Virus record (IMG/VR): IMGVR_UViG_2706795722_000001
Coordinates: 1-64,000 of that record
DNA length: 64,000 nt
From: a virus
Taxonomy: Duplodnaviria > Caudoviricetes
Reading direction: 5' to 3' (one strand)
The notes beneath the pieces were generated by a model. The model searched no databases and was not told where the DNA came from. It saw nothing but the letters and a program-made list of their open reading frames with translations. This document shows, in pieces, positions 37,094 to 44,719 of this stretch. Every line of letters begins with the position of its first letter. Within the stretch, counting starts at the first letter, position 1. Position numbers and translations under genes: made by a program.

Positions 37094-38290
37094 CTACTTC
37101 ATCTTCTTAACGATCTTGGGCTTCGGTTCGGATATGGTTTCCTTCACCGACGAACGAAGCAGGGACTTCTGAGACGGCGAAAGGGCCGCACCCTTGAGGA
37201 GCTTTTCGACCTCCGCGTTTGTGACCTTGTCCATCTGCGCAAAGATGGCGTCACCCACGATCTCTCGAACCTTGGCCGGTTCGTAAGACTTGCGTCGGGA
37301 CGACTTGAACTCGACGCTGTAGTCCTCGGTGTCGTACTCGACTTCGTCCTGGTCCATCGCGTCCTTGAGCATTTCTTCGACGATCTCGTCGATGGCGTAC
37401 TTGATTGCCTTCGCTGCGCCGTCCAGTTCGAGGAAGCGCTTAGCCATCTCGTTGCGGTCGCCCTGAATCGCCATGATGCCGCCAGCATCGACGTTCTTGG
37501 TTACCAGAGGACAGGTGGACTTAGCTACACAGAACTGGCACTCCGAGTTTAGGGTGCGCCTGCCGGGGTCAGGCTCGGCGATGATACGCTCGGCAACTCG
37601 CCGAACATACTTCCAGGTCTCGATGTTGTCGTCGCGAGTGAGGCGAACCTCTGCCGTATCGTAACGCAGCTGATCGAAGCAGACCCAGATCTCGTCGGGC
37701 TTGAGCTCCTCGCCAAGCTCGGCAGCGAGCTCCTTGAATGCAAGCTGAATTGCCATGCCGTACAGACGAGCCTGCGGCTTCTCGCGCAGCGCAGTAGACG
37801 TGAGAACCTGTCGCCAGGTCTTGTAGTCCACGACGCGGATGATAACCTTACCATCTTCCTCGAAGCGATCGAGGCGGTCGAAGATGAAGGTGTACGGAAC
37901 ATCGCCGATGGAAGTCTTGATGGGAACGCGGACCTTCTTCTCCACCATGAGCACCTCGACGTTCTCGAGGTTGGTGCGCTCGAACCACCGCTCGAGCATG
38001 TCGAGTCCGTCGGCGTACCAGGTGTTCTTGACGTCCGGAACTGTCTGGAACTGCTTCATGAACTCTTGCTTGAAGTACGCGACGATCCTGGTCCACTCGA
38101 GTTCGCAGACCTTATCGACGTACGACTCGGTGACCACCCGCTCGAGCGTATCGTGCACCGCAGACCCAAGCTTGGCGGGGTTACTACTGCCGCCAGGTGT
38201 GGGCGTGCGCTGCACGTTCTCGAGAAAGAATCGGTGCGTGCAACCCTCGAACGTCTGGAGGGATGACGCGGAAATCGTCGTAAGCTTCAT
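37094..38290 (-). CDS. PD-(D/E)xK RecB/Cas4-like exonuclease
   Basis: SASSLQTFEGC..RF, FIFDRLD...VVDYKT, Q..LY and C-x2-C-x5-C (ECQFCVAKSTC). Confidence 0.88.
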   Translation of the reverse strand: MKLTTISASSLQTFEGCTHRFFLENVQRTPTPGGSSNPAKLGSAVHDTLERVVTESYVDKVCELEWTRIVAYFKQEFMKQFQTVPDVKNTWYADGLDMLERWFERTNLENVEVLMVEKKVRVPIKTSIGDVPYTFIFDRLDRFEEDGKVIIRVVDYKTWRQVLTSTALREKPQARLYGMAIQLAFKELAAELGEELKPDEIWVCFDQLRYDTAEVRLTRDDNIETWKYVRRVAERIIAEPDPGRRTLNSECQFCVAKSTCPLVTKNVDAGGIMAIQGDRNEMAKRFLELDGAAKAIKYAIDEIVEEMLKDAMDQDEVEYDTEDYSVEFKSSRRKSYEPAKVREIVGDAIFAQMDKVTNAEVEKLLKGAALSPSQKSLLRSSVKETISEPKPKIVKKMK

Positions 38291-38520
38291 TTTTTCTTTG
38301 GCCCCCTTGGAGTCGATTTGCCGCCCCAGATTCCATCGGTCGAGCTGGTGCGTTCCCTGTAGTCAGCACACTGCTTTGCAACAGGACACTGCATACATAT
38401 CTTCTTTGCTTCATTGGCGCGGTGCGACTGACCCCGGCCAGGAAAGAAAGCGTCTGGGTCGTGATACCCTACACAGAGGGCTTTGCGGGTCCACTCTTCG
38501 GGCTCGATGTGGAAGGTTGC
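38287..38520 (-). CDS. whiB: WhiB-family Fe-S transcription factor domain, with no in-frame start codon
   Basis: My translation: ATFHIEPEEWTRKALCVGYHDPDAFFPGRGQSHRANEAKKICMQCPVAKQCADYRERTSSTDGIWGGKSTPRGPKKK*. It has four Cys (C-x25-C-x2-C-x5-C) and GIWGG, and its TGA overlaps the exonuclease ATG. Confidence 0.9.
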   Translation of the reverse strand, partial: ATFHIEPEEWTRKALCVGYHDPDAFFPGRGQSHRANEAKKICMQCPVAKQCADYRERTSSTDGIWGGKSTPRGPKKK

Positions 38521-38891
38521 ATGGGAGCCGATGGCGCCTGAGGCTTGTTCTCCTTCGCCGCAGGTGCATTCGTCTCCGACGTCTTGAGTGTTTCGTCCGT
38601 CTGCACCTGATCGAACAGCGAGGGCTCGGCAGATGCCTGTGCACCTAAAGGGGCGCGGCCACCGCGCGCCTCCAGCTCGAAGGCGGTCTGCGGCTCGCCG
38701 GTACCGAAGAGCTCGTCGGCGTCAGACTTAGCATCTGCCTCAGCGCGCTGCTCGGAGCTGAACGCGGTCTGCTGCATGTGCTGCTGGAATGCGGTCTGCT
38801 CGGGGGCGATGGGGCGAAAGTCGGTGTAGTTCACCTCGCCTACACTCTTGATCGGATTGAGCTCGTACGGTCCTGCGGGCTTATTCGCCAT
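38469..38891 (-). CDS. 140-aa hypothetical protein, possibly the N-terminal part of the WhiB gene
   Basis: GGAG RBS, GC3 bias up to about 38525, after which the coding bias switches to the WhiB frame. Confidence 0.7.
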   Translation of the reverse strand: MANKPAGPYELNPIKSVGEVNYTDFRPIAPEQTAFQQHMQQTAFSSEQRAEADAKSDADELFGTGEPQTAFELEARGGRAPLGAQASAEPSLFDQVQTDETLKTSETNAPAAKENKPQAPSAPMQPSTSSPKSGPAKPSV

Positions 38892-38920
38892 CTTTATGCT
38901 CCTACGGTTGTGGTTGTGCT

Positions 38921-38943
38921 ACCGTGTGATAGGTTATCACGGT
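38921..38943 (-). promoter_or_regulatory. Palindrome containing an extended -10 (TGA-TAACCT)
   Basis: ACCGTG(TG)ATA-GGT-TATCACGGT in the gap upstream of the 140-aa/WhiB/exonuclease genes; weak -35. Confidence 0.4.
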
Positions 38944-38957
38944 TTGTGTGTTTCGTG

Positions 38958-39092
38958 CTAGTACGCGGGCACAGTGGCAAGCAATGCGCTGATGCGGTCA
39001 GCGAAGAACCGCTCCACCATATCGGTAGAGCGGTCGGCGGCGCGAGTCCACCAGTGCTTGCGATGGCGACCGCCGCCTCGCGTGAGCTTCAT
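38958..39092 (-). CDS. 44-aa hypothetical peptide
   Basis: MKLTRGGGRHRKHWWTRAADRSTDMVERFFADRISALLATVPAY; starts 1 nt after the upstream stop. Confidence 0.5.
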   Translation of the reverse strand: MKLTRGGGRHRKHWWTRAADRSTDMVERFFADRISALLATVPAY

Positions 39093-39093
39093 G

Positions 39094-39180
39094 TCACTTC
39101 CATCCGGCCGAGATGCCCATGACTGTGATGATGCCCAGGATTATCCAGATAGTAACCTGAATCCAAAGGGTCCAGCTCAT
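39094..39180 (-). CDS. 28-aa single-TM peptide
   Basis: MSWTLWIQVTIWIILGIITVMGISAGWK; ATGA overlap upstream. Confidence 0.55.
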   Translation of the reverse strand: MSWTLWIQVTIWIILGIITVMGISAGWK

Positions 39181-39362
39181 GATATACGTCCCATCTTCTG
39201 TAGTCGAGTTACTTCAAACACGCCAGCTTTTCTCCAGTGTATAGAATTGTGAATCCACACTGTCTTGCAAGTCTTGCACCGATAAACGGTACCGAGAGTT
39301 ACCCTTCCTTCGTACGAAGGACAGTAGGCACAGTTGCTAACTGAACTCGGCGAAGAGGTCAT
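39177..39362 (-). CDS. Small Zn-ribbon protein
   Basis: CAYC...CKTC; AT-rich; start uncertain. Confidence 0.5.
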   Translation of the reverse strand: MTSSPSSVSNCAYCPSYEGRVTLGTVYRCKTCKTVWIHNSIHWRKAGVFEVTRLQKMGRIS

Positions 39363-40059
39363 TGCTATCCTCCTCGAGCTTCTTTGCGGCCCGCTCGTAG
39401 CGAACCTCATCGAGCTCGATCGCTACCGCGTTCCGGTTGCAGTTCTTCGCGGCTCGGACGAGGGAGCCAGAACCGCCAAAGGGGTCGACAAGAAAGGCTC
39501 CCTCGGTTGTGGAATGCTTGATAAGAAGCTCCAGCAGCGCCGGAGGCTTCTCGTGAGGATGGATGAGCGCGTCAGGCCGAAGCTGGGGAATGTGAAGAAC
39601 ACCGTTCCGTCGCTTGGCGTTTCGGGGCGCTCGGCCCTTCTTGAGAAAGATGATGAACTCATGTCCCTGTCCCCACGATTCGAGGTCGCCCATGCCGGGG
39701 CCGTCCTTCTCCCACACGAGCACAGCCTTGCGCACGAACCCGTACTGGCTGCAGAACTCGTCCAGCATGGCGAGCCATTCCTTGAGGACCTGATACGCGG
39801 TGAACACGTACAGGTCGCAGTCTTCCTTGGTTGCCGGAAGTAGCGAGCTCATCACGTCCTTGAAGACCTGAATCGCCACCTCCGGATTCTCGTCGTTCGC
39901 GATCTTCGTTGCGTACTTCTTGCCACCCTCGGTAACCGCCATGTTGCTGAGGTTGTCCACGCCGAAGGGCGGGTCGGTGATGATGCAGTCCACCGAGTTG
40001 GGCTTGAACTTCTGGCACAGCTCGATACTGTCGCCGTGCCAGATCTGATGAATCTTCAC
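39337..40059 (-). CDS. DNA N6-adenine/N4-cytosine methyltransferase (beta class), orphan
   Basis: Motif IV TDPPF before HPHEKP and motif I DPFGGSGS; AAAGGAG RBS. Confidence 0.92.
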   Translation of the reverse strand: MKIHQIWHGDSIELCQKFKPNSVDCIITDPPFGVDNLSNMAVTEGGKKYATKIANDENPEVAIQVFKDVMSSLLPATKEDCDLYVFTAYQVLKEWLAMLDEFCSQYGFVRKAVLVWEKDGPGMGDLESWGQGHEFIIFLKKGRAPRNAKRRNGVLHIPQLRPDALIHPHEKPPALLELLIKHSTTEGAFLVDPFGGSGSLVRAAKNCNRNAVAIELDEVRYERAAKKLEEDSNDLFAEFS

Positions 40060-40253
40060 ATCACTCCTTTAAGTTGAGATTGAGGGCACACAGTTCGTTA
40101 GGCACGCGGTCTGTCGTTTAATGTCAGCAAGTCGCCTCTGCATGACACCCTCAGGTTTGTAGTGGTCACTCGGGCCAGAATCGGAGAAACGCGCCCAATA
40201 CCAGCATTAGCGTGCTAGCCCAAGTCGTTACCGCTGGTGCGACCACAGCCCAG
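40060..40253 (-). ncRNA. Candidate structured leader/ncRNA upstream of the methyltransferase
   Basis: 194-nt gap without a convincing ORF, containing several nested complementary helices found by eye. Confidence 0.35.
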
Positions 40254-40505
40254 CTACTCCGTGACCTCGATCTCGTCATCGTCGGAGAACTCGACATCCT
40301 CGAGCGTGATCTGGTTGATCTCGCCGCCGATCTCGTCGAGGATCAGGTTGAGGTCGCCCTCGTTGCTGTCCACGATGTCGGCCACCTCGTTGTAGGCGGT
40401 CTCGATCTTGTCGTCGTCGGACACGTTCGAGGGGTCGTCGAAGACGTCGCCGTCGATCTTGATGGTCTTGGGGTTGTCGATGTGCAGCTTCAGGGTGAGG
40501 ATCAT
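40254..40505 (-). CDS. Very acidic small protein
   Basis: 83 aa, D/E-rich, extreme GC3 bias. Confidence 0.75.
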   Translation of the reverse strand: MILTLKLHIDNPKTIKIDGDVFDDPSNVSDDDKIETAYNEVADIVDSNEGDLNLILDEIGGEINQITLEDVEFSDDDEIEVTE

Positions 40506-40514
40506 GATGTTCTC

Positions 40515-40769
40515 CTAGTTGTTCTCGTTGTTGGGGATGGTGATGACTTCGTTGTGGATGATCTTGCTGAGTGAGATCTTGACCTCGCCTGTCTCGCCGG
40601 CCAGGTTGAAGATGACCTCCTCGAGGGAGGCCTCGCCTGCGCGGTACATATCCAGGTCGAGGTTAACCGCATCCTGGATGGTTGCGACCCCGCTGGGGCA
40701 GTCGTCGGTCTTGTAGTTGTCGAGATTGACCTCGGCGTCGAGAATCTCGACCTCGAAGTAGAGGCGCAT
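40515..40769 (-). CDS. Acidic hypothetical protein (84 aa)
   Basis: MRLYFEVEILDAEV...; TGATG overlap with the mazG stop (the track's longer start is shadow). Confidence 0.7.
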   Translation of the reverse strand: MRLYFEVEILDAEVNLDNYKTDDCPSGVATIQDAVNLDLDMYRAGEASLEEVIFNLAGETGEVKISLSKIIHNEVITIPNNENN

Positions 40770-41254
40770 CACAAGGCCTTTCCGTGCAGCCTGGGGCGCG
40801 TGGCGTTGTACCTGTACTTGAAGATGTACGCCTCGGCGAGCGACATGCCCCGGCTCTCCGCCGAGTCCGCGATGCGAATGATGGTGTCCACGAACTCTGC
40901 CGTGGCACCCTCTGCCTTGCGAATGGTCTCGCCGTCCTCCTCGTACGGGTCGATGTGCATCTGATCGTCCTTCTTGGAACGGAACCAGAGCTTCGGCTCG
41001 CGGGCGCGATGCGACTCGAGCGCCTCGGACACCTCGGAATGGATGAGGGCGATCTCCTCGGGGAAGCCGCGGTCGGAGTCGTGGAACCCCTTGGTCTCGA
41101 TCATGCGGTGGACGCTCGCCTGCATGAGGTCGAGTGCGCTGGCAACGAGGCCCTCGCCCTCCTCGGTCAGGGCCCCGGTCTCCTTGTCGAACATGTGCCG
41201 CCACTCGGGACCGTTGATCAGGGGATCACTCTGCTGCTCGGTGGGGTACGTCAT
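40769..41254 (-). CDS. MazG-like nucleotide pyrophosphohydrolase
   Basis: EEIALIHSEVSEALE...AEFVDTIIRIAD...KYRYNATR..LHGK. Confidence 0.85.
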   Translation of the reverse strand: MTYPTEQQSDPLINGPEWRHMFDKETGALTEEGEGLVASALDLMQASVHRMIETKGFHDSDRGFPEEIALIHSEVSEALESHRAREPKLWFRSKKDDQMHIDPYEEDGETIRKAEGATAEFVDTIIRIADSAESRGMSLAEAYIFKYRYNATRPRLHGKAL

Positions 41255-41457
41255 TTTGTAACCAACTTTCCATTCTTGTCGACCTCCACAACGAAGGGTC
41301 GATCCTTTGCGTAGCGATTAACGGTCACCAGGAAGTACTTGCCGTCCTTGTGTGCCCAGTACTCACTGTTCTTCGGGGCGTCGGCGATGTATGCGAGTCC
41401 AGCTTGCGCGCACACACCGACGCCAGGGATTGGCTTGGGAATGCTTCTTTTCCTCAT
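41251..41457 (-). CDS. 68-aa hypothetical protein
   Basis: MRKRSIPKP...; ATGA overlap with the RusA stop. Confidence 0.6.
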   Translation of the reverse strand: MRKRSIPKPIPGVGVCAQAGLAYIADAPKNSEYWAHKDGKYFLVTVNRYAKDRPFVVEVDKNGKLVTK

Positions 41458-42020
41458 GGCGTCCACTCGTTGTCTTGTATGTCCTGTCCACCAAGTTCTC
41501 GCTTCAGCATCTCCTGCCATGCGTACAGTCCCTCCGGAGAAAAGAAGCTGTCGTTGTCGCAGATGGCTGTTTCGAGTGTGGTAAACCCTTCGATACTGTG
41601 ACGAACCTCGATCACCACGAACGGAAGAGTGCTCTCCCGCTGTGGTCCATAGAGCCGGGATTCGGTGCGGATCACGTCGCGGTCGTTGCCGAATGCTGCC
41701 CCCTGTAGCGCATCCTCCGTTCCCTTTTGCATATTGGTAACGTCGGCCCAATTGCGAGTTAAAGTTCGACCACTCGCAATCTTTGTCGCCGTGAGCTGAC
41801 GACTGAATGTGAACCTGACACTGTAGTACGGCCCCGGCAGGTCGGTAAGGTCGGTCAGCACAACCTCGGCCCGGATGGCGTCCTGGTACATCTTGAGTAC
41901 CTTATTCGGGGACACCTTCGGAAAGCGTTTCTTGCCTGCCGGGACGATCTGAATATTGCCCATAGCCCAAGGCTCGGGATTCAGCGGAAAAGCAGCCGCA
42001 ACGACATTAGGGTACGCCAC
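41454..42020 (-). CDS. rusA: RusA-like Holliday junction resolvase
   Basis: DVTNMQKGTEDALQG...NDRDV motif; AAGGAG before GTG 42020. Confidence 0.8.
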   Translation of the reverse strand: MAYPNVVAAAFPLNPEPWAMGNIQIVPAGKKRFPKVSPNKVLKMYQDAIRAEVVLTDLTDLPGPYYSVRFTFSRQLTATKIASGRTLTRNWADVTNMQKGTEDALQGAAFGNDRDVIRTESRLYGPQRESTLPFVVIEVRHSIEGFTTLETAICDNDSFFSPEGLYAWQEMLKRELGGQDIQDNEWTP

Positions 42021-42134
42021 AGCAGACTCCTTCCATTCCATTCCTGTCGAGCCAGGTGTCGCGAGTATCCAACCGGGTACTCATCCGGCATGGATCGAGC
42101 GATCTCGCGACCTCGTGCGCTGATCCAGTGGTCC

Positions 42135-42503
42135 CTACCCGACACGAGTATCTCCGTACTCGGTACGGATGAGGCTTGAGTCCGACTCGACTCGCCACAC
42201 CCTGTAGTTGAGGAACTCGGCGAGGTCGAGCTCGCGCATCGCACCGCGTGAGCCTCGCCAGCCAGGAAGGAGGACCAGGTCGGTGCATTCGAGCATCTCC
42301 TTGAGGTCGGCCTTGACGTACTCCTCGTACGGGAGGCTGCCGGGCTCGCCGGGGAGCGAGCGGGCGATCTCGGCGGGCGAGACGACCGTGTACCCCCTGT
42401 TGCGCAGCTCGGCTGCAAAGAAGTCGAAGGTCTTGAAGTTGTGACCCTCGATCCCCGTCATCGGGCCTGCAAGGTAATACTTGCGAAGCGTGTCAAGACC
42501 CAT
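42135..42503 (-). CDS. Nucleoside 2-deoxyribosyltransferase-like protein (DUF4406)
   Basis: YLAGPMTG...NF..F...VVSPAE...D...LLPGW..SRGA..E. Confidence 0.85.
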   Translation of the reverse strand: MGLDTLRKYYLAGPMTGIEGHNFKTFDFFAAELRNRGYTVVSPAEIARSLPGEPGSLPYEEYVKADLKEMLECTDLVLLPGWRGSRGAMRELDLAEFLNYRVWRVESDSSLIRTEYGDTRVG

Positions 42504-43635
42504 CTTCATCTCCTCTGCTCTTGGCGATTTCGGCTCGAGGCATGACGACTCCTTCGTAACCGTCATCCCCGAGGAACTTGACCATCGAGACGGTCTTCTC
42601 GGGATTGTACTCCATGACGAGCTCCCTGCCGGGAGCCTTGGTGATGATGTCCGTGAAGTACTCCACCGAGAACATGAACTTCACGATGTCGTGATCGCCA
42701 CCCGAGATCAGGAGAATGGTCTCCTCGATCTCTTCCGCCGAGTCGCGATCCTTGACCGACAGCGTCATGCTCTCGCCGCCGATGTAGACGTCGAGGCCGA
42801 TCTGTCGATCCGAGGCGCCGATCTTGGACACTCGGCTGAGTGTCGAGATTACGTCCTCCTTGGAGAAGGAGATCGCTGCAGGCATCTCCTTTTCCATGAT
42901 CCTGTTCACCGGATCGAACCGGGGCTCGAACAGGCTGCACTTAATGAAGATGTCTTCGGTGGGCGCGATGACGAGGTTGTCGCCAATCACTCCCATCTGA
43001 ATTTCCTCGAGCGAACGAAGCACCGGGCCGATGAGCTGGTACGGAAGAACGATGTTGTTTCGTCCGTCAGCGAACTTGAACTCGTTCGGAACGCGCACCA
43101 ACGTCTTACCGTTCGTGGCGCACAGGTGGCCTTCGTCCATGTAGACCCCACACCTGGGCGGCAGACCGTCCGACGAAGTGGACCATCCGACCAGGTCGAG
43201 GCGGGTGCCGAAGCCCTTGAGATTGAACATACCCTCAGGCTCAAACATGAACTGATCGGGATCGGGATAGTCACCCGACTTGATCAGCGGAGTGGTGGCC
43301 TTCATTCGCCCGCTGGTGATGCGAATCTTGCCGCCCTCCTCCTTGAGCTTGACCGACCCCGACGCCGCGAGGTTCGAGACGATACCGTGAGTCGAGTTGG
43401 AAGCGACACGCCAGCTTGTGGCTACCGGCACCTCGAGCTCGTTGGGGTAGAGGTACTCGGTGTAGAAGACCTCGCCGTTCGTAACCCGAAGGGTCACATA
43501 CTCCTCGCCGGGGTACAGGTCGATGATAAAGCCCTTGAACTTGTCGAGCTCGCGACCGCGAGTGGGTGCGATGATGTTCGCTCGCTTCACGGCGTCAGCG
43601 AGCGCTGCGTTGTTGAACTCGACCGTTGCGGCCAT
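42493..43635 (-). CDS. dnaN: DNA polymerase III beta sliding clamp-like protein
   Basis: 380 aa, three-domain spacing, DYP, ATNG..L, MFSVEYF and VVMP C-terminal motifs. Confidence 0.85.
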   Translation of the reverse strand: MAATVEFNNAALADAVKRANIIAPTRGRELDKFKGFIIDLYPGEEYVTLRVTNGEVFYTEYLYPNELEVPVATSWRVASNSTHGIVSNLAASGSVKLKEEGGKIRITSGRMKATTPLIKSGDYPDPDQFMFEPEGMFNLKGFGTRLDLVGWSTSSDGLPPRCGVYMDEGHLCATNGKTLVRVPNEFKFADGRNNIVLPYQLIGPVLRSLEEIQMGVIGDNLVIAPTEDIFIKCSLFEPRFDPVNRIMEKEMPAAISFSKEDVISTLSRVSKIGASDRQIGLDVYIGGESMTLSVKDRDSAEEIEETILLISGGDHDIVKFMFSVEYFTDIITKAPGRELVMEYNPEKTVSMVKFLGDDGYEGVVMPRAEIAKSRGDEDGS

Positions 43636-43654
43636 GCTCTACCTCCCTTCCGGT

Positions 43655-44272
43655 TCAGAGGTCGGCGACCGAAGCCGCCGGGCGGTGGACCCAGGTGTCG
43701 AGGCGACGCTCCAGGTCGATGGAGTGCCGGATGTCCTCGAGGACTCGGTGATCCTGAGCCCCCTCGGGGCTCTCGTACTTGGTGGGGTCGTTGTCGATCT
43801 TCTTCCAGAGCGACGGGTACTTGGCCTTGATGCGCTCCATGTCGGAGCTCGAGTCCACGATCCGGTAGTGGAAGAACTCGTTGAGGTTGGGCATCTTCTG
43901 CTCGAGGAACTTGCGATCGAAGTGCACCGAGCTGCCCCACACCGGGAGCCGCTTCGCGCCCCAGGCCTTGACGATCTCCAGGATTGACGCCTCGGCCTCG
44001 CTGTAGAAGCGGGGCATGACGCCGGTTTCCTCGAGCGAGCGCAGCTCGGGGAGCAGGCCGGACTTGGTGTGCATCTTCACGATGAACTCGCTGAGGTCGT
44101 TCAGCTTGAGGCGCGCCTGGATTTGCGGGGTCCAGATGACCGCCGAGTGCTCCTCGACGATCGTCCAGGTGTCGGTGTTGACTCGGGCGATGCCGAGCTC
44201 GATGATCTCCTCGGCCACCGGCGACAGGCCGGTCGTTTCGAGGTCGATGAATACCGCTTCGTTGGGGTTCAC
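43655..44272 (-). CDS. Oligoribonuclease-like DEDDh 3'-5' exonuclease
   Basis: IDLETTGL, GSSVHFDRKFL, FHYRIVDSSS, HRVLEDI. Confidence 0.88.
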   Translation of the reverse strand: MNPNEAVFIDLETTGLSPVAEEIIELGIARVNTDTWTIVEEHSAVIWTPQIQARLKLNDLSEFIVKMHTKSGLLPELRSLEETGVMPRFYSEAEASILEIVKAWGAKRLPVWGSSVHFDRKFLEQKMPNLNEFFHYRIVDSSSDMERIKAKYPSLWKKIDNDPTKYESPEGAQDHRVLEDIRHSIDLERRLDTWVHRPAASVADL

Positions 44273-44454
44273 TTGGTCGACTCCTTGATGTAGTTGGTGA
44301 CATCCGACTTAGGGATGAGCCATCCCTTTCCTGGGCGGGTCGCGTTGGGGAACTTGCCCGCCCGAACCAGCTCGCGCACGGTTGCCGGTTCCACGAGCAG
44401 CATGTCAGACACCTGCTTGGTGTTGAGCATCTTCTGCTCAGGTGCAACGTTCAC
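44269..44454 (-). CDS. Excisionase-like HTH DNA-binding protein (HTH_17)
   Basis: MLNTKQVSDML.V...TV..LVRAGKFP......GWLIPKSDV. Confidence 0.85.
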   Translation of the reverse strand: MNVAPEQKMLNTKQVSDMLLVEPATVRELVRAGKFPNATRPGKGWLIPKSDVTNYIKESTK

Positions 44455-44713
44455 GGTGACTCTCCTTTCCGTAATACTTGTCTATCCGCATGGACTCGAG
44501 CATGAGATCCATAAGCGTCCAATAGACTCTGTTTTGACAGCCCTCACATATGTGACGACTTCTGAGTTCAAGCGGTGCGTTCTTGTACTGACTGTCCCAT
44601 TCGATCTGATACCTGAATGTTGCATCCTCTAGAGATACTGGAATCAGGTTGGCGTGCTTATCGTTCGGAAACTCGCAGCGCTTGCGTGTATTCACGCAGC
44701 CTGTAGCCTTCAT
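44438..44713 (-). CDS. Cys-containing hypothetical protein
   Basis: GC...RC and ICEGC; AT-richer sequence. Confidence 0.55.
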   Translation of the reverse strand: MKATGCVNTRKRCEFPNDKHANLIPVSLEDATFRYQIEWDSQYKNAPLELRSRHICEGCQNRVYWTLMDLMLESMRIDKYYGKESHRERCT

Positions 44714-44719
44714 GCTGCA

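Noticed and set aside
37094-38290. Cas4-like nuclease as a sign of a CRISPR system
   Set aside because: No repeat-spacer array or other cas genes anywhere; standalone PD-(D/E)xK exonucleases are routine in actinophages.
41981-42140. Small ORF VSGRDHWISARG... between the NDT-like gene and RusA
   Set aside because: Overlaps both neighbours and has no recognisable motif; cannot be distinguished from a chance open frame.
39337-42503. DNA hypermodification pathway (dZ, 7-deazaguanine, etc.)
   Set aside because: No PurZ, DpdA/QueC/FolE or glycosyltransferase motifs recognised; MazG and NDT alone are insufficient.
44269-44454. Excisionase-like HTH as evidence for lysogeny
   Set aside because: No integrase, repressor or attP-like arrangement in the window; HTH_17 proteins are common in lytic phages. 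The part of the genome outside the window is unseen.
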